A stretch of 64,000 nucleotides of DNA from Vulcanimicrobiota bacterium (GTDB lineage Bacteria; Vulcanimicrobiota; Xenobia; Xenobiales; JADMJV01): positions 1-64,000 of the forward strand of contig JBFWNU010000001.1 of the NCBI GenBank assembly GCA_050250895.1, given 5' to 3'. The translations under genes were made by a program, and so were the position numbers. This document shows positions 26,596 to 34,801 of the stretch, in pieces (the first letter of the stretch is position 1; the number at the start of each line of letters is the position of its first letter). Below the pieces are notes generated by a model. That model ran no database searches, was not told the DNA's origin, and was given only the letters and a program-made list of their open reading frames with translations.

Positions 26596-27563
26596 GGCGC
26601 GAGCCGCTGGCGAAGCTCTTGCCCGAAGACTTGGGTAAACTGTTGTCGGCCCCGCGCGTTCAGGTGATAGACATCTTTGAAGAGGGTGGTATCGGAAGGA
26701 TAGAGTTCAGAAAAATCAAGTAGTTGCACGCCGGCCTGGTCGCACTCGAGTTCGAGCCGGGTTTTCACGGCGGGCCAGTCAAGGCGGGGGCAGAATTCTT
26801 TCTGCCAGCGGACTGGGGCCCCGGTGATGGGTGGGAGCACCACCAACAGGCATACGTCGGGATAGGCCCGATGAAGCTGGCGTAGCTGTTCGAAGCCGCG
26901 CGCCTCGAGTTCGTAGTTCTCACCCAGATCGGCCAGATACGCGGTACGATAGTCGTTGCTCAGATCACGAAGCGGCGTGTCGAGAGCGGGCTCCGCCTGG
27001 GCCTGCTCACGACTGCCGGTGAGGCGCTTTTTGAGGCGAAACAGCACGCCCTTGGCCTCGAGCCGAATGCTGGCACGGCAAGAATGCACGGGGAGTCTTG
27101 CTGCTAGCAAGTCTTTCCAGGTGGGTCGCTCGATGGCTTTGAAATACTCCCGCGAGACGCGGGCGCGGCTGCCGTTGAGATTGAAGTCGTCCTTGGTGAC
27201 GAAAAAATAGATAGCCTGGGGCTTCTCTTTCGTCTGCTCGAGACAGTGCTGGGCCAGCAAAGTCTGGGCGCCGAAGACTGCGCTTCCGAGGGTCAGTTCA
27301 TGAATCGACCAGCCAGTCTCTTTCTCGAGGGTGTCGAGGTCGGTCGAATCGGCCAGGGTGCTGTTGCCGATGAGCCAGACCTTCGCTGGCTCACGGGTGG
27401 TACGGTCAAACTCGCGAATGAGCGCGCGGGGAACACCCTCCGACAGATATCCGGCTCGTTGCCCCCCCAAAACCAACAAATTGGCCAGGACCACCAGCAC
27501 CAGCGCCAGGGTCCAAGCTTTTCCGGGCAGGATATCGGCCGGGCGAAAGGTCCCAGGCGGCAT
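26592..27563 (-). CDS. SGNH-like extracytoplasmic acyltransferase partner (AlgJ/DltD-like)
   Basis: N-terminal TM, IGNS, FKDVYHLN (DxxH); 4-bp overlap with the MBOAT gene; start uncertain. Confidence 0.7.
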   Translation of the reverse strand: MPPGTFRPADILPGKAWTLALVLVVLANLLVLGGQRAGYLSEGVPRALIREFDRTTREPAKVWLIGNSTLADSTDLDTLEKETGWSIHELTLGSAVFGAQTLLAQHCLEQTKEKPQAIYFFVTKDDFNLNGSRARVSREYFKAIERPTWKDLLAARLPVHSCRASIRLEAKGVLFRLKKRLTGSREQAQAEPALDTPLRDLSNDYRTAYLADLGENYELEARGFEQLRQLHRAYPDVCLLVVLPPITGAPVRWQKEFCPRLDWPAVKTRLELECDQAGVQLLDFSELYPSDTTLFKDVYHLNARGRQQFTQVFGQELRQRLAP

Positions 27564-27589
27564 GACGCAACAGCATATCAAGTGCGATC

Positions 27590-28957
27590 GTGGGTGTCAA
27601 CGCAGCAGGTTTGGGAAAGAAGAACTCGAAACAGCGGCGCCCTATGGGAACTGGGACCTTGGAGGCAGAGGAAACGAAGACAGAGGCAAGGCCCCTGGGT
27701 GCGATTCGCCAGCACCTACAAGGGTACGGCGGTTCGATTACCAAGCTGGCCGGGCTGGCCACAATCAGCCAATCCATTGCTTTTTTGCTTTCCCCGATCA
27801 TCACCCGCCTCTACTCACCCAACGACTTCGGCGTCCTGGCAGCCTTTGCCTCAGTGCTCACTATTCTCACGGTGGTGGCTTGCCTGCGCTTCGAATTGGC
27901 CATTCCAGTCGCCCCGAAGGACGAGGAGGCTTCTGGTCTGGTCTACCTGTCTCTGGCCTGCGTCGGGGGTTGGCTTATAGCCCTGTTTGGGATGCTCGCC
28001 TTCGTGGGATCGAGACTCGACCGGCTCAAGGATCTCCACCAGCTGATTTGGCTGGTCCCGGTCGCCGTCGGAGCGGCCGGCGTCTTCCGCACCGTCGAGG
28101 CCTGGACCGTACGCAAAGCGGCCTATGGCCGATTGGGGCTCAACCGACTCTATCAGACTTCTAGCTCGCTCACCTGCCAGATAGCCGCTGGCGGCCTGGG
28201 AATGGGTCCTCTCGGACTAGTCGGGGGCCTCATCACCGGTTATGTGACCGGCGCTTGCGTACTGGCTCGCCACGCGCTGGCCCAGAGACCGCCGTCGGCT
28301 CGTGCTCTAATGCAGCTGGCCCGTGTTTACCGACGCTTTCCTCTCTTCACCACCTGGGCTTCTTTGCTCAAAGCAGGTGGAATGCAAACGCCCATCCTGC
28401 TGATTCTGGGCTCTTTCGGTTCGCATGTGGCCGGTCTGTTGGGACTAGCGCAGAAGATTGTGGCCACCCCGATGAATCTAATCGGCGAGGCGGTGGCGAG
28501 GGTGTTTCTGGGCGATGCGGCCCGACAGTTCCATCAGGACCCGGCCAGCCTTCGCACGTTCTTCTGGAAGACCGCCAAGCTTCAGGCCCTGATCGGTGCA
28601 ATCACCATCGTTCCCCTGGCCCTGTGCGCGCCGCCGCTGTTCTCTTTCCTGTTCGGAAAGGAATGGTACGACGCCGGGCGATACGTGCAAATGTTGGCGC
28701 CGATGTTCTTCTGCCAATTCGTCTCCAACCCCCTCGAGCCATCGGTCGACATCCTGCAGCGCCAGGAACTGTACGCCCTGCGCGAGTTTCTGCGCTTCTC
28801 GCTGATGGTGGGTCCCCTCTGGTACTTCATCGTCCATCACTCGGTGAAAGCCGAACAGGCCATCAAGGTGCTCTCGCTCTCGGGCACGGTGACGGCCCTG
28901 GCCGGGTTCGCGATCTCGTGGATCGCTATCATGACGCGCCAGGCCGACCCGACCTAG
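27590..28957 (+). CDS. Oligosaccharide flippase (Wzx family)
   Basis: PIITRLYSPNDFG, LRFELAIP, multi-TM; start may be 27644. Confidence 0.85.
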   Translation: MGVNAAGLGKKNSKQRRPMGTGTLEAEETKTEARPLGAIRQHLQGYGGSITKLAGLATISQSIAFLLSPIITRLYSPNDFGVLAAFASVLTILTVVACLRFELAIPVAPKDEEASGLVYLSLACVGGWLIALFGMLAFVGSRLDRLKDLHQLIWLVPVAVGAAGVFRTVEAWTVRKAAYGRLGLNRLYQTSSSLTCQIAAGGLGMGPLGLVGGLITGYVTGACVLARHALAQRPPSARALMQLARVYRRFPLFTTWASLLKAGGMQTPILLILGSFGSHVAGLLGLAQKIVATPMNLIGEAVARVFLGDAARQFHQDPASLRTFFWKTAKLQALIGAITIVPLALCAPPLFSFLFGKEWYDAGRYVQMLAPMFFCQFVSNPLEPSVDILQRQELYALREFLRFSLMVGPLWYFIVHHSVKAEQAIKVLSLSGTVTALAGFAISWIAIMTRQADPT

Positions 28958-29020
28958 CGCAACAGCCAGGCGGCCTCCTGACACGAAGGCATCTCCTTAG
29001 ACCGGGCGAACGCCCTACCC

Positions 29021-30193
29021 GTGTCAGAAAGAATCGTCATCGTGGGTGGAGGCATCGTGGGTCTGGCCACCGCCTATCAGCTTCACCAGGCTCACCCCGA
29101 GGCCCAAATCACCATCCTCGAGAAAGAACTCGAGCCGGCGCTTCACCAGACTGGACGCAACTCGGGCGTCATCCACTCAGGAATCTACTACAAACCCGGC
29201 TCGACCAAGGCCCTCAATTGCCGGGCCGGACGAGCAGAACTGCTCGAGTTTTGTCAGACTCACGATATCCCCCACGAACTGTGCGGCAAGGTGATCGTGG
29301 CCTGCAGCCCCGAGGAGATTCCTCGGCTGGAAGAACTCCATCGGCGCGGCCAGGCCAACGGCGTAGATTGCCGCCGCATCAACCCGGCCGAACTGGCCGA
29401 GATCGAGCCTCACGCCCAGGGCATCGCAGCCCTGTGGGTGGCCGATGCCGGCATCATCGACTATCGGGCCGTCTGTTCGGCCCTGCGAGAGAGATTTGCC
29501 GGCGAGCTTCACCGCCACACCGAGGTGGTGAGCATCCGCTCAGGTTCCACCATCGTGCTCGAGACCAGTAGTGGCACTTTCGAGGCCGATTGGCTCATCA
29601 ACTGTGCCGGCTTGCAGAGCGACCGCGTTTGCCGGCTCTCCGGAGCCCGCCCGGGCCTGAAGATCGTTCCCTTCAAGGGCGAGTACTATTGCCTGAAGCC
29701 CCAGGCCGTCCATCTCTGCAAGACCCTCATCTACCCGGTGCCCGACCCGGCGTTTCCGTTCCTCGGGGTCCACCTGACCCGCATGATCGGTGGCGGTGTC
29801 GAGGTCGGCCCCAACGCGGTGCTGGCCCTCGGCCGCGAGGCCTACAAAAAGACCGACCTCAATCTCGCCGATCTGGCCGAAACCTTGACCTATCCAGGCT
29901 TTCTCAGACTGGCCGCCAAGCACTGGCGCATGGGCCTGGGAGAAGTCCATCGCTCGCTTTCCAAGGCCGCTTTCGTCAAGGCCCTCAACCGGCTCTGTCC
30001 CGCCCTGACCGAGGCCGACCTGGTGGCCGCTCCCTGCGGCATCCGAGCTCAGGCGGTCAAAGCCGACGGCAGCCTGGAGGATGACTTCAATATCCTGCGC
30101 CAGGGCAAGATCATCAACGTCCTCAATGCGCCCTCGCCGGCCGCCACCGCCTCCCTGGCTATCGGCAAAAGCATCGCAGCCCTGCTTGACTAA
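29021..30193 (+). CDS. lhgO: L-2-hydroxyglutarate oxidase
   Basis: GGGIVG, HQTGRNSGVIHSGIYYKPGS, PFKGEY, PFLGVH, NAPSPAATASL. Confidence 0.92.
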   Translation: MSERIVIVGGGIVGLATAYQLHQAHPEAQITILEKELEPALHQTGRNSGVIHSGIYYKPGSTKALNCRAGRAELLEFCQTHDIPHELCGKVIVACSPEEIPRLEELHRRGQANGVDCRRINPAELAEIEPHAQGIAALWVADAGIIDYRAVCSALRERFAGELHRHTEVVSIRSGSTIVLETSSGTFEADWLINCAGLQSDRVCRLSGARPGLKIVPFKGEYYCLKPQAVHLCKTLIYPVPDPAFPFLGVHLTRMIGGGVEVGPNAVLALGREAYKKTDLNLADLAETLTYPGFLRLAAKHWRMGLGEVHRSLSKAAFVKALNRLCPALTEADLVAAPCGIRAQAVKADGSLEDDFNILRQGKIINVLNAPSPAATASLAIGKSIAALLD

Positions 30194-30215
30194 CGTGCAT
30201 TTGCCGGATGTTACA

Positions 30216-30941
30216 CTAGCCGTCGATTTGGCGTAGCCGCTCTTCCAGCGCCCGGCATTTGCGCTCAGCTTCGGCCAGAGCCGCATCCTTCTCGGCCAGA
30301 GCAGTGTCCTTCTCTGCCAGAGCCGTGTCCTTCTCGGCCAGAGCGGCATCCTTCTCGACCAGAGCCGTGTCCTTCTCGGCCGAAGCCTCCCGGGGGGTCG
30401 GCAAGAGTTTGCCGTCAGGTCCAACCAGGCGGAGCTGCTCATCCACCACCACGAGCTCCAGGCCGATGGTCTCGAGAAAGAGCTTGCCCACCACGGGAAC
30501 GTAGCTGTCACCGGCCAGCCGTAACAGGCGCAGGCGCGGGTCGAGATACTCCTGGCGGGGGTCGAACAGCACATACTCTTGCACGCCCATCATAGCGTAG
30601 AGGCGCTGCTTCTTGCCCAGGTCCTCGTTGCGGGTCGAGGCCGAGGTAACCTCGAAGACCACATCGGGCGCCTTGCCCTCGCGCCAGAGCAGATAGTGGT
30701 TGCGTGGCCGCTTCTCGATGCCCAGAACGACCAGCACGTCGGGAGCGAGATGCTTGCGTTTGTCGCCCTGCTGGTAAAACAGCAAAATGTTGCCGGAGAC
30801 GTAAACCTGCGGGTCGTCGCGAAAGTAGTCTGAAAGCGTCTCGATGAGCAGGAACATCTGATCCCGATGGAGGTCAGTCTCGGCCATCGGCTTGCCGTCG
30901 CTGGTGGGATATTCGAGATCGTCTGGGTGGATGTCTAGCAT
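30216..30941 (-). CDS. Uma2 family (PD-(D/E)XK) endonuclease-like protein with heptad-repeat tail
   Basis: YPTSDGKPMAET, APDVLVV, PDVVFEVTS, EYVLFDP; AEKD(T/A)AL heptad repeats. Confidence 0.9.
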   Translation of the reverse strand: MLDIHPDDLEYPTSDGKPMAETDLHRDQMFLLIETLSDYFRDDPQVYVSGNILLFYQQGDKRKHLAPDVLVVLGIEKRPRNHYLLWREGKAPDVVFEVTSASTRNEDLGKKQRLYAMMGVQEYVLFDPRQEYLDPRLRLLRLAGDSYVPVVGKLFLETIGLELVVVDEQLRLVGPDGKLLPTPREASAEKDTALVEKDAALAEKDTALAEKDTALAEKDAALAEAERKCRALEERLRQIDG

Positions 30942-31071
30942 CGCTCTTCCTCGCTCTGGTAGCTTTCATCCTACCACAATAGGGACCCGATGGCGAACGA
31001 GTCTGCCCTCATAGGCGATCGAATTGAAAACTCCTGTTGACCATTACGGCCGTCAGGCAAATCTCGTCGCT

Positions 31072-31635
31072 CTAGCCTTCGAGCTGGCGTAGCCGCTCTT
31101 CCAGCGCCCGGCATTTGCGCTCAGCTTCGGCCAGAGCCGCATCCTTCTCGGCCAGAGCAGTGTCCTTCTCGGCCAGAGCGGCATCCTTCTCCGCCAAAGC
31201 CGTGTCCTTCTCCGCCAAAGCCGTGTCCTTCTCGGCCGAAGCCTCCCGGGGGGTCGGCAAGAGTTTGCCGTCAGGTCCAACCAGGCGGAGCTGCTCATCC
31301 ACCACCACGAGCTCCAGGCCGATGGTCTCGAGAAAGAGCTTGCCCACCACGGGAACGTAGCTGTCACCGGCCAGCCGTAACAGGCGCAGGCGCGGGTCGA
31401 GATACTCCTGGCGGGGGTCGAACAGCACATACTCTTGCACGCCCATCATAGCGTAGAGGCGCTGCTTCTTGCCCAGGTCCTCGTTGCGGGTCGAGGCCGA
31501 GGTAACCTCGAAGACCACATCGGGCGCCTTGCCCTCGCGCCAGAGCAGATAGTGGTTGCGTGGCCGCTTTCGCTCTTCCTCGCTCTGGTAGCTTTCATCC
31601 TACCACAGTAGGGATCCGATGGCGAACGAGTCTGC
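31072..31635 (-). pseudogene. Second near-identical Uma2 copy lacking the start codon and ~76 N-terminal codons
   Basis: Near-identical to copy 1 including the upstream region, but the equivalent of 30714-30940 is deleted (junction at 31569/31570). Confidence 0.85.
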
Positions 31636-32480
31636 TAGCGCAAATCCACCGAGATCGGATAATGGTCGCTGAGCCCCTTCACCCCATCCCGCCAGACCTG
31701 GCGCTCTACCACCCGGCCGGCCAACTCCGCATCGAGGAAGATATGGTCGATAGCGAGCGTTCTCTTGCGGTAGAGGTGGGTGTAGCGCTTCTCCATCGGC
31801 CAGGCGGCGAAGCTGTCGAGCAGACCGCCTCGCAACGGCTCGAGAGCCCACGAGTCGGCATCGTCGTTGAAGTCGCCCAATACAGCCACCCGGCCCTGCA
31901 AGCCGCTCACCAGCCGAGCCACGCCCAGGGCCTGGGCGCGGCGCTTGGCGTCTGAGGTCACTCCGGGCTCGCGCTTGCTGATGAAGTGATTGACCAACAC
32001 CGTCAGCGGCAGGTCGCCTCCCAGGCGAACCTCAAGGCAATCGCGCGAGAAGCGATAGTGCTCGGGCGCTCCGTCGACATGCGGCAGGGCCATCTCGGTG
32101 TGGCTTTTGATGTGCTGAATCGGCAAGCGGGTCAGAACGGCCACATCGATGCCGCGCCCATGGTCGTTCCCCTCCACCAGAATCGCGCGATAGCCGGGCA
32201 GACGGCGAGCCAGGCGCTCGGCCAGCGTAACGTGCTCGATCTCTTGCAGGCCCACGAAGTCGGGCTCGATCTGGCCGATTACTCGGGCCAACCGGTTCAG
32301 CTTGGTCCTGACCTCGGCCGGCGTGAAGACATCATCGTTATAGGTGTCGTCAATCTCGTCAAAGAGGTTGTGGACATTCCAGGTAGCCAACCGAATCCCC
32401 CGCCCGGCACGGGGTCCCTCCTCGGGCTGCGGCACCGAGGCGCAACCGACCAAAATCAAGCTCAGCCATAACCATCGCAT
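31635..32480 (-). CDS. Endonuclease/exonuclease/phosphatase family lipoprotein
   Basis: Lipobox LVGC, ATWNVHN, LQE, GDFND, IDHIF, SDHYP. Confidence 0.9.
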   Translation of the reverse strand: MRWLWLSLILVGCASVPQPEEGPRAGRGIRLATWNVHNLFDEIDDTYNDDVFTPAEVRTKLNRLARVIGQIEPDFVGLQEIEHVTLAERLARRLPGYRAILVEGNDHGRGIDVAVLTRLPIQHIKSHTEMALPHVDGAPEHYRFSRDCLEVRLGGDLPLTVLVNHFISKREPGVTSDAKRRAQALGVARLVSGLQGRVAVLGDFNDDADSWALEPLRGGLLDSFAAWPMEKRYTHLYRKRTLAIDHIFLDAELAGRVVERQVWRDGVKGLSDHYPISVDLR

Positions 32481-32545
32481 ATCACCAGTCTAGCCGGTCG
32501 ATAGCGAACGAAGGATTGCGCTCGGCTTAACTTGTCGAGCGTCGG

Positions 32546-32574
32546 TTGACGGACGATCCCAGGCGTGCTAGCCT
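32546..32574 (+). promoter_or_regulatory. Sigma70-type promoter of vapBC
   Basis: TTGACG-17bp-TAGCCT with TG extension. Confidence 0.6.
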
Positions 32575-32610
32575 AAAGGCAGAAGGTGGATTTTTTCACA
32601 GAAGGTGGAC

Positions 32611-32874
32611 ATGGCGCTCAATATCAAAAACAGTCGAACCGAGGAATTAGCGCGGCAGGTGGCTCTCGAAACCGGAGAAAATCTAACCACAGCAGTAACC
32701 GTTGCGCTCGAGGAAAGGCTGGAAAGGCTCCGTGGCAGGCGGCGAACCCCCGACCTGCGTCAGGTCCTTAACGAGATCTCCCAGCGTTGCGCAGCCCTAC
32801 CAGACTTGGACGCTCGCTCTACGGACGAGATTCTCGGCTACGATGACGTGGGAGGCTTCGACGATGATTATTGA
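32611..32874 (+). CDS. vapB: VapB antitoxin (Rv0623-like)
   Basis: MALNIKN...LARQVA...GENLTTAVTVALEERL...DEILGYD; overlaps PIN toxin gene. Confidence 0.88.
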   Translation: MALNIKNSRTEELARQVALETGENLTTAVTVALEERLERLRGRRRTPDLRQVLNEISQRCAALPDLDARSTDEILGYDDVGGFDDDY

Positions 32875-33253
32875 TGCCTCAGCGCTGGTGGCAATCTTGC
32901 TTGGCGAACCCGAGGCCGCCATCTTTATTCAGGCTATCGCGACAGCGGGCAAGCGCCTGGTTGCAGCAGTTTCGGTTCTCGAGACCGCTATCGTGGTGGA
33001 GACCAAGAAAGGCCCCGCTGGCGGACGTGAACTCGACTTGTTCCTTCACGCCGCTCAAATCGACGTAGCGGCCATGACCTATGAGCAGACGGAGTTGGCC
33101 AGATGGGCGTATCGGCAGTTTGGAGAAGGACGACACCCGGCTCGCCTGAACCTGGGTGACTGCTGTTCTTATGCGCTGTCAAAGCACTCTGGGGAGCCCT
33201 TGCTGTACAAGGGCAAAGACTTTACGCTGACCGATGTCGACTCGGCGCTGTAG
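32864..33253 (+). CDS. vapC: VapC PIN-domain toxin
   Basis: MIIDASALVAIL, LNLGDC, LLYKGKDF. Confidence 0.92.
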   Translation: MIIDASALVAILLGEPEAAIFIQAIATAGKRLVAAVSVLETAIVVETKKGPAGGRELDLFLHAAQIDVAAMTYEQTELARWAYRQFGEGRHPARLNLGDCCSYALSKHSGEPLLYKGKDFTLTDVDSAL

Positions 33254-33266
33254 ACGGCCACGATCT

Positions 33267-34086
33267 CGTCCCAGAACCGCCACCAACCCATAAAAACGCC
33301 ACCCGCTCCTCCGTGGCCCCCCCGCGGACCTCCGCGGCTTCCACCAGGTCGAGCACCCTTCAAAATGCACGGCCCCCACCCATTGCTACTATTACTATTC
33401 TAACGTGGGGTCCCCACCAAGCCTGAACCAGGCTGGTCCCGGTCAGCCGACCACGGTCTCGTCCAAAGCCCTCAACTTCTTAAATCCGTCCCAGAACCGC
33501 CACCAACCCATAAAAACGCCACCCGTGCCGGCAACCGCCCCCTCCTCCGTACCCCCCCGCGGACCTCCGCGGTTTCCACCAGGTCGAGCGCCCTTCAAAA
33601 TGCACGGCCCATTGCTACTATTACTATTCTAACGTGGGGTCCCCACCAAGCCTGAACCAGGCTGGTCCCGGTCAGCCGACCACGGTCTCGTCCAAAGCCC
33701 TCAACTTCTTAAATCCGTCCCAGAACCGCACCAACCCATAAAAACGCCACCCGCGCCGCAACGCCCACTCCTCCGTGGCCCCCGCGGACCTCCGCGGTTT
33801 CCACCAGGTCGAGCGCCCTTCAAAATCCGCCCCCCCCACCCATTGCTACTATTACTATTCTAACGTGGGGTCCCCACCAAGCCTGAACCAGGCTGGTCCC
33901 GGTCAGCCGACCACGGTCTCGTCCAAGGCCCTCAACTTCTTAAATCCGTCCCAGAACCGCCACCAACCCATAACCACGCCACCCGCGCCGCAACGCCCAC
34001 TCCTCCGTGGCCCCCCGCGGACCTCCGCGGTTTCCCCAAAGTCGAGCGCCTTCTGCCCCTCGGCGCCTCTGCGCCTTTGCGGTTTC
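33267..34086. repeat. Non-coding tandem array, ~3.4 copies of a 220-231 bp unit
   Basis: Unit starts CGTCCCAGAACCGC at 33267, 33487, 33716, 33947; internal palindromes CCGCGGACCTCCGCGG, GTGGGGTCCCCAC, AGCCTGAACCAGGCT. Confidence 0.92.
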
Positions 34087-34101
34087 CACAACCAAAGCCG
34101 A

Positions 34102-34689
34102 CTAAAACTCCGAGAATTGACCCCGAGACTTCTTCTCGACATGAGAGATGGCCATGCCGGCCAGGGCGCCGAAAGTGCTCCACCACCAGAAGAAGCGAAA
34201 CAGGTCAAAGTGGATTAGGCCCATCACCGCCCCGAAGAAGCCGCCGATGCGAGCCGAATCGGATTGATAGCAGAGGCTGTTGGTGGCCCCGAGGATGGCG
34301 CCCAAAATCAGGCCGTAGACCAGGTTCCAGCCTAGAAAATAGCCGAAGGCCGTGGCCGTGATCGCGCCCACCTGGCTGGCCGATTCGGCATAGGCTCCCC
34401 ACAGCATGCTGGCAAAGAAAGTGTGATAGATGGCCGAGGGGATGCCCCAGCACAAGGAAGCGATCAGGCCGGCCTTGATGCCCTGGCCGAGGTTCGAGTC
34501 GCGGTCTTTGTTGATGGGTTTGGGGGCCGGCGGCCCCGAGGGGGCCATCACGGCGCCGTTGACCACCCCGGCGGCCATCGAAGGGTGGGCGGCCACGGCC
34601 ACCTCGTCAAAGGTCTGTTCGCAACTGTAGCAGGTAGGATCGGTGGCTCGATTGGAGGAGCCGCAGTGGGGACAATTTCGGTAGGCCAA
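34102..34689 (-). CDS. Zinc-ribbon membrane protein (hypothetical)
   Basis: CPHC...CYSC followed by several TM helices; likely TTG start at 34689. Confidence 0.7.
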   Translation of the reverse strand: MAYRNCPHCGSSNRATDPTCYSCEQTFDEVAVAAHPSMAAGVVNGAVMAPSGPPAPKPINKDRDSNLGQGIKAGLIASLCWGIPSAIYHTFFASMLWGAYAESASQVGAITATAFGYFLGWNLVYGLILGAILGATNSLCYQSDSARIGGFFGAVMGLIHFDLFRFFWWWSTFGALAGMAISHVEKKSRGQFSEF

Positions 34690-34781
34690 GACAACTTCTC
34701 TTTTCTGCAAAATGAGCTGGAATGATATTTCCCCGGAAGAAATGTCGACTCCTTTCGCGTTCGCGAGGTTTCACCCGGGCT

Positions 34782-34790
34782 TGTGGATAA
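34782..34790 (-). promoter_or_regulatory. Single perfect DnaA-box consensus
   Basis: TGTGGATAA (reverse complement TTATCCACA) in the divergent intergenic region. Confidence 0.35.
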
Positions 34791-34801
34791 CTCCTAAGCC
34801 T

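Noticed and set aside
30196-30214. Fifth copy of the TAACAT promoter motif (- strand)
   Set aside because: GC is at N3 rather than N4, and it points antisense into lhgO with no downstream gene.
33267-34086. CRISPR array or type III toxin-antitoxin RNA repeats
   Set aside because: Units are ~225 bp with no unique spacers, lie downstream of the toxin, and VapC already has a protein antitoxin.
33405-34218. Short ORFs within the repeat array (75 aa, 147 aa and others)
   Set aside because: Frames are not preserved between units and no SD is evident; by-products of the repeat.
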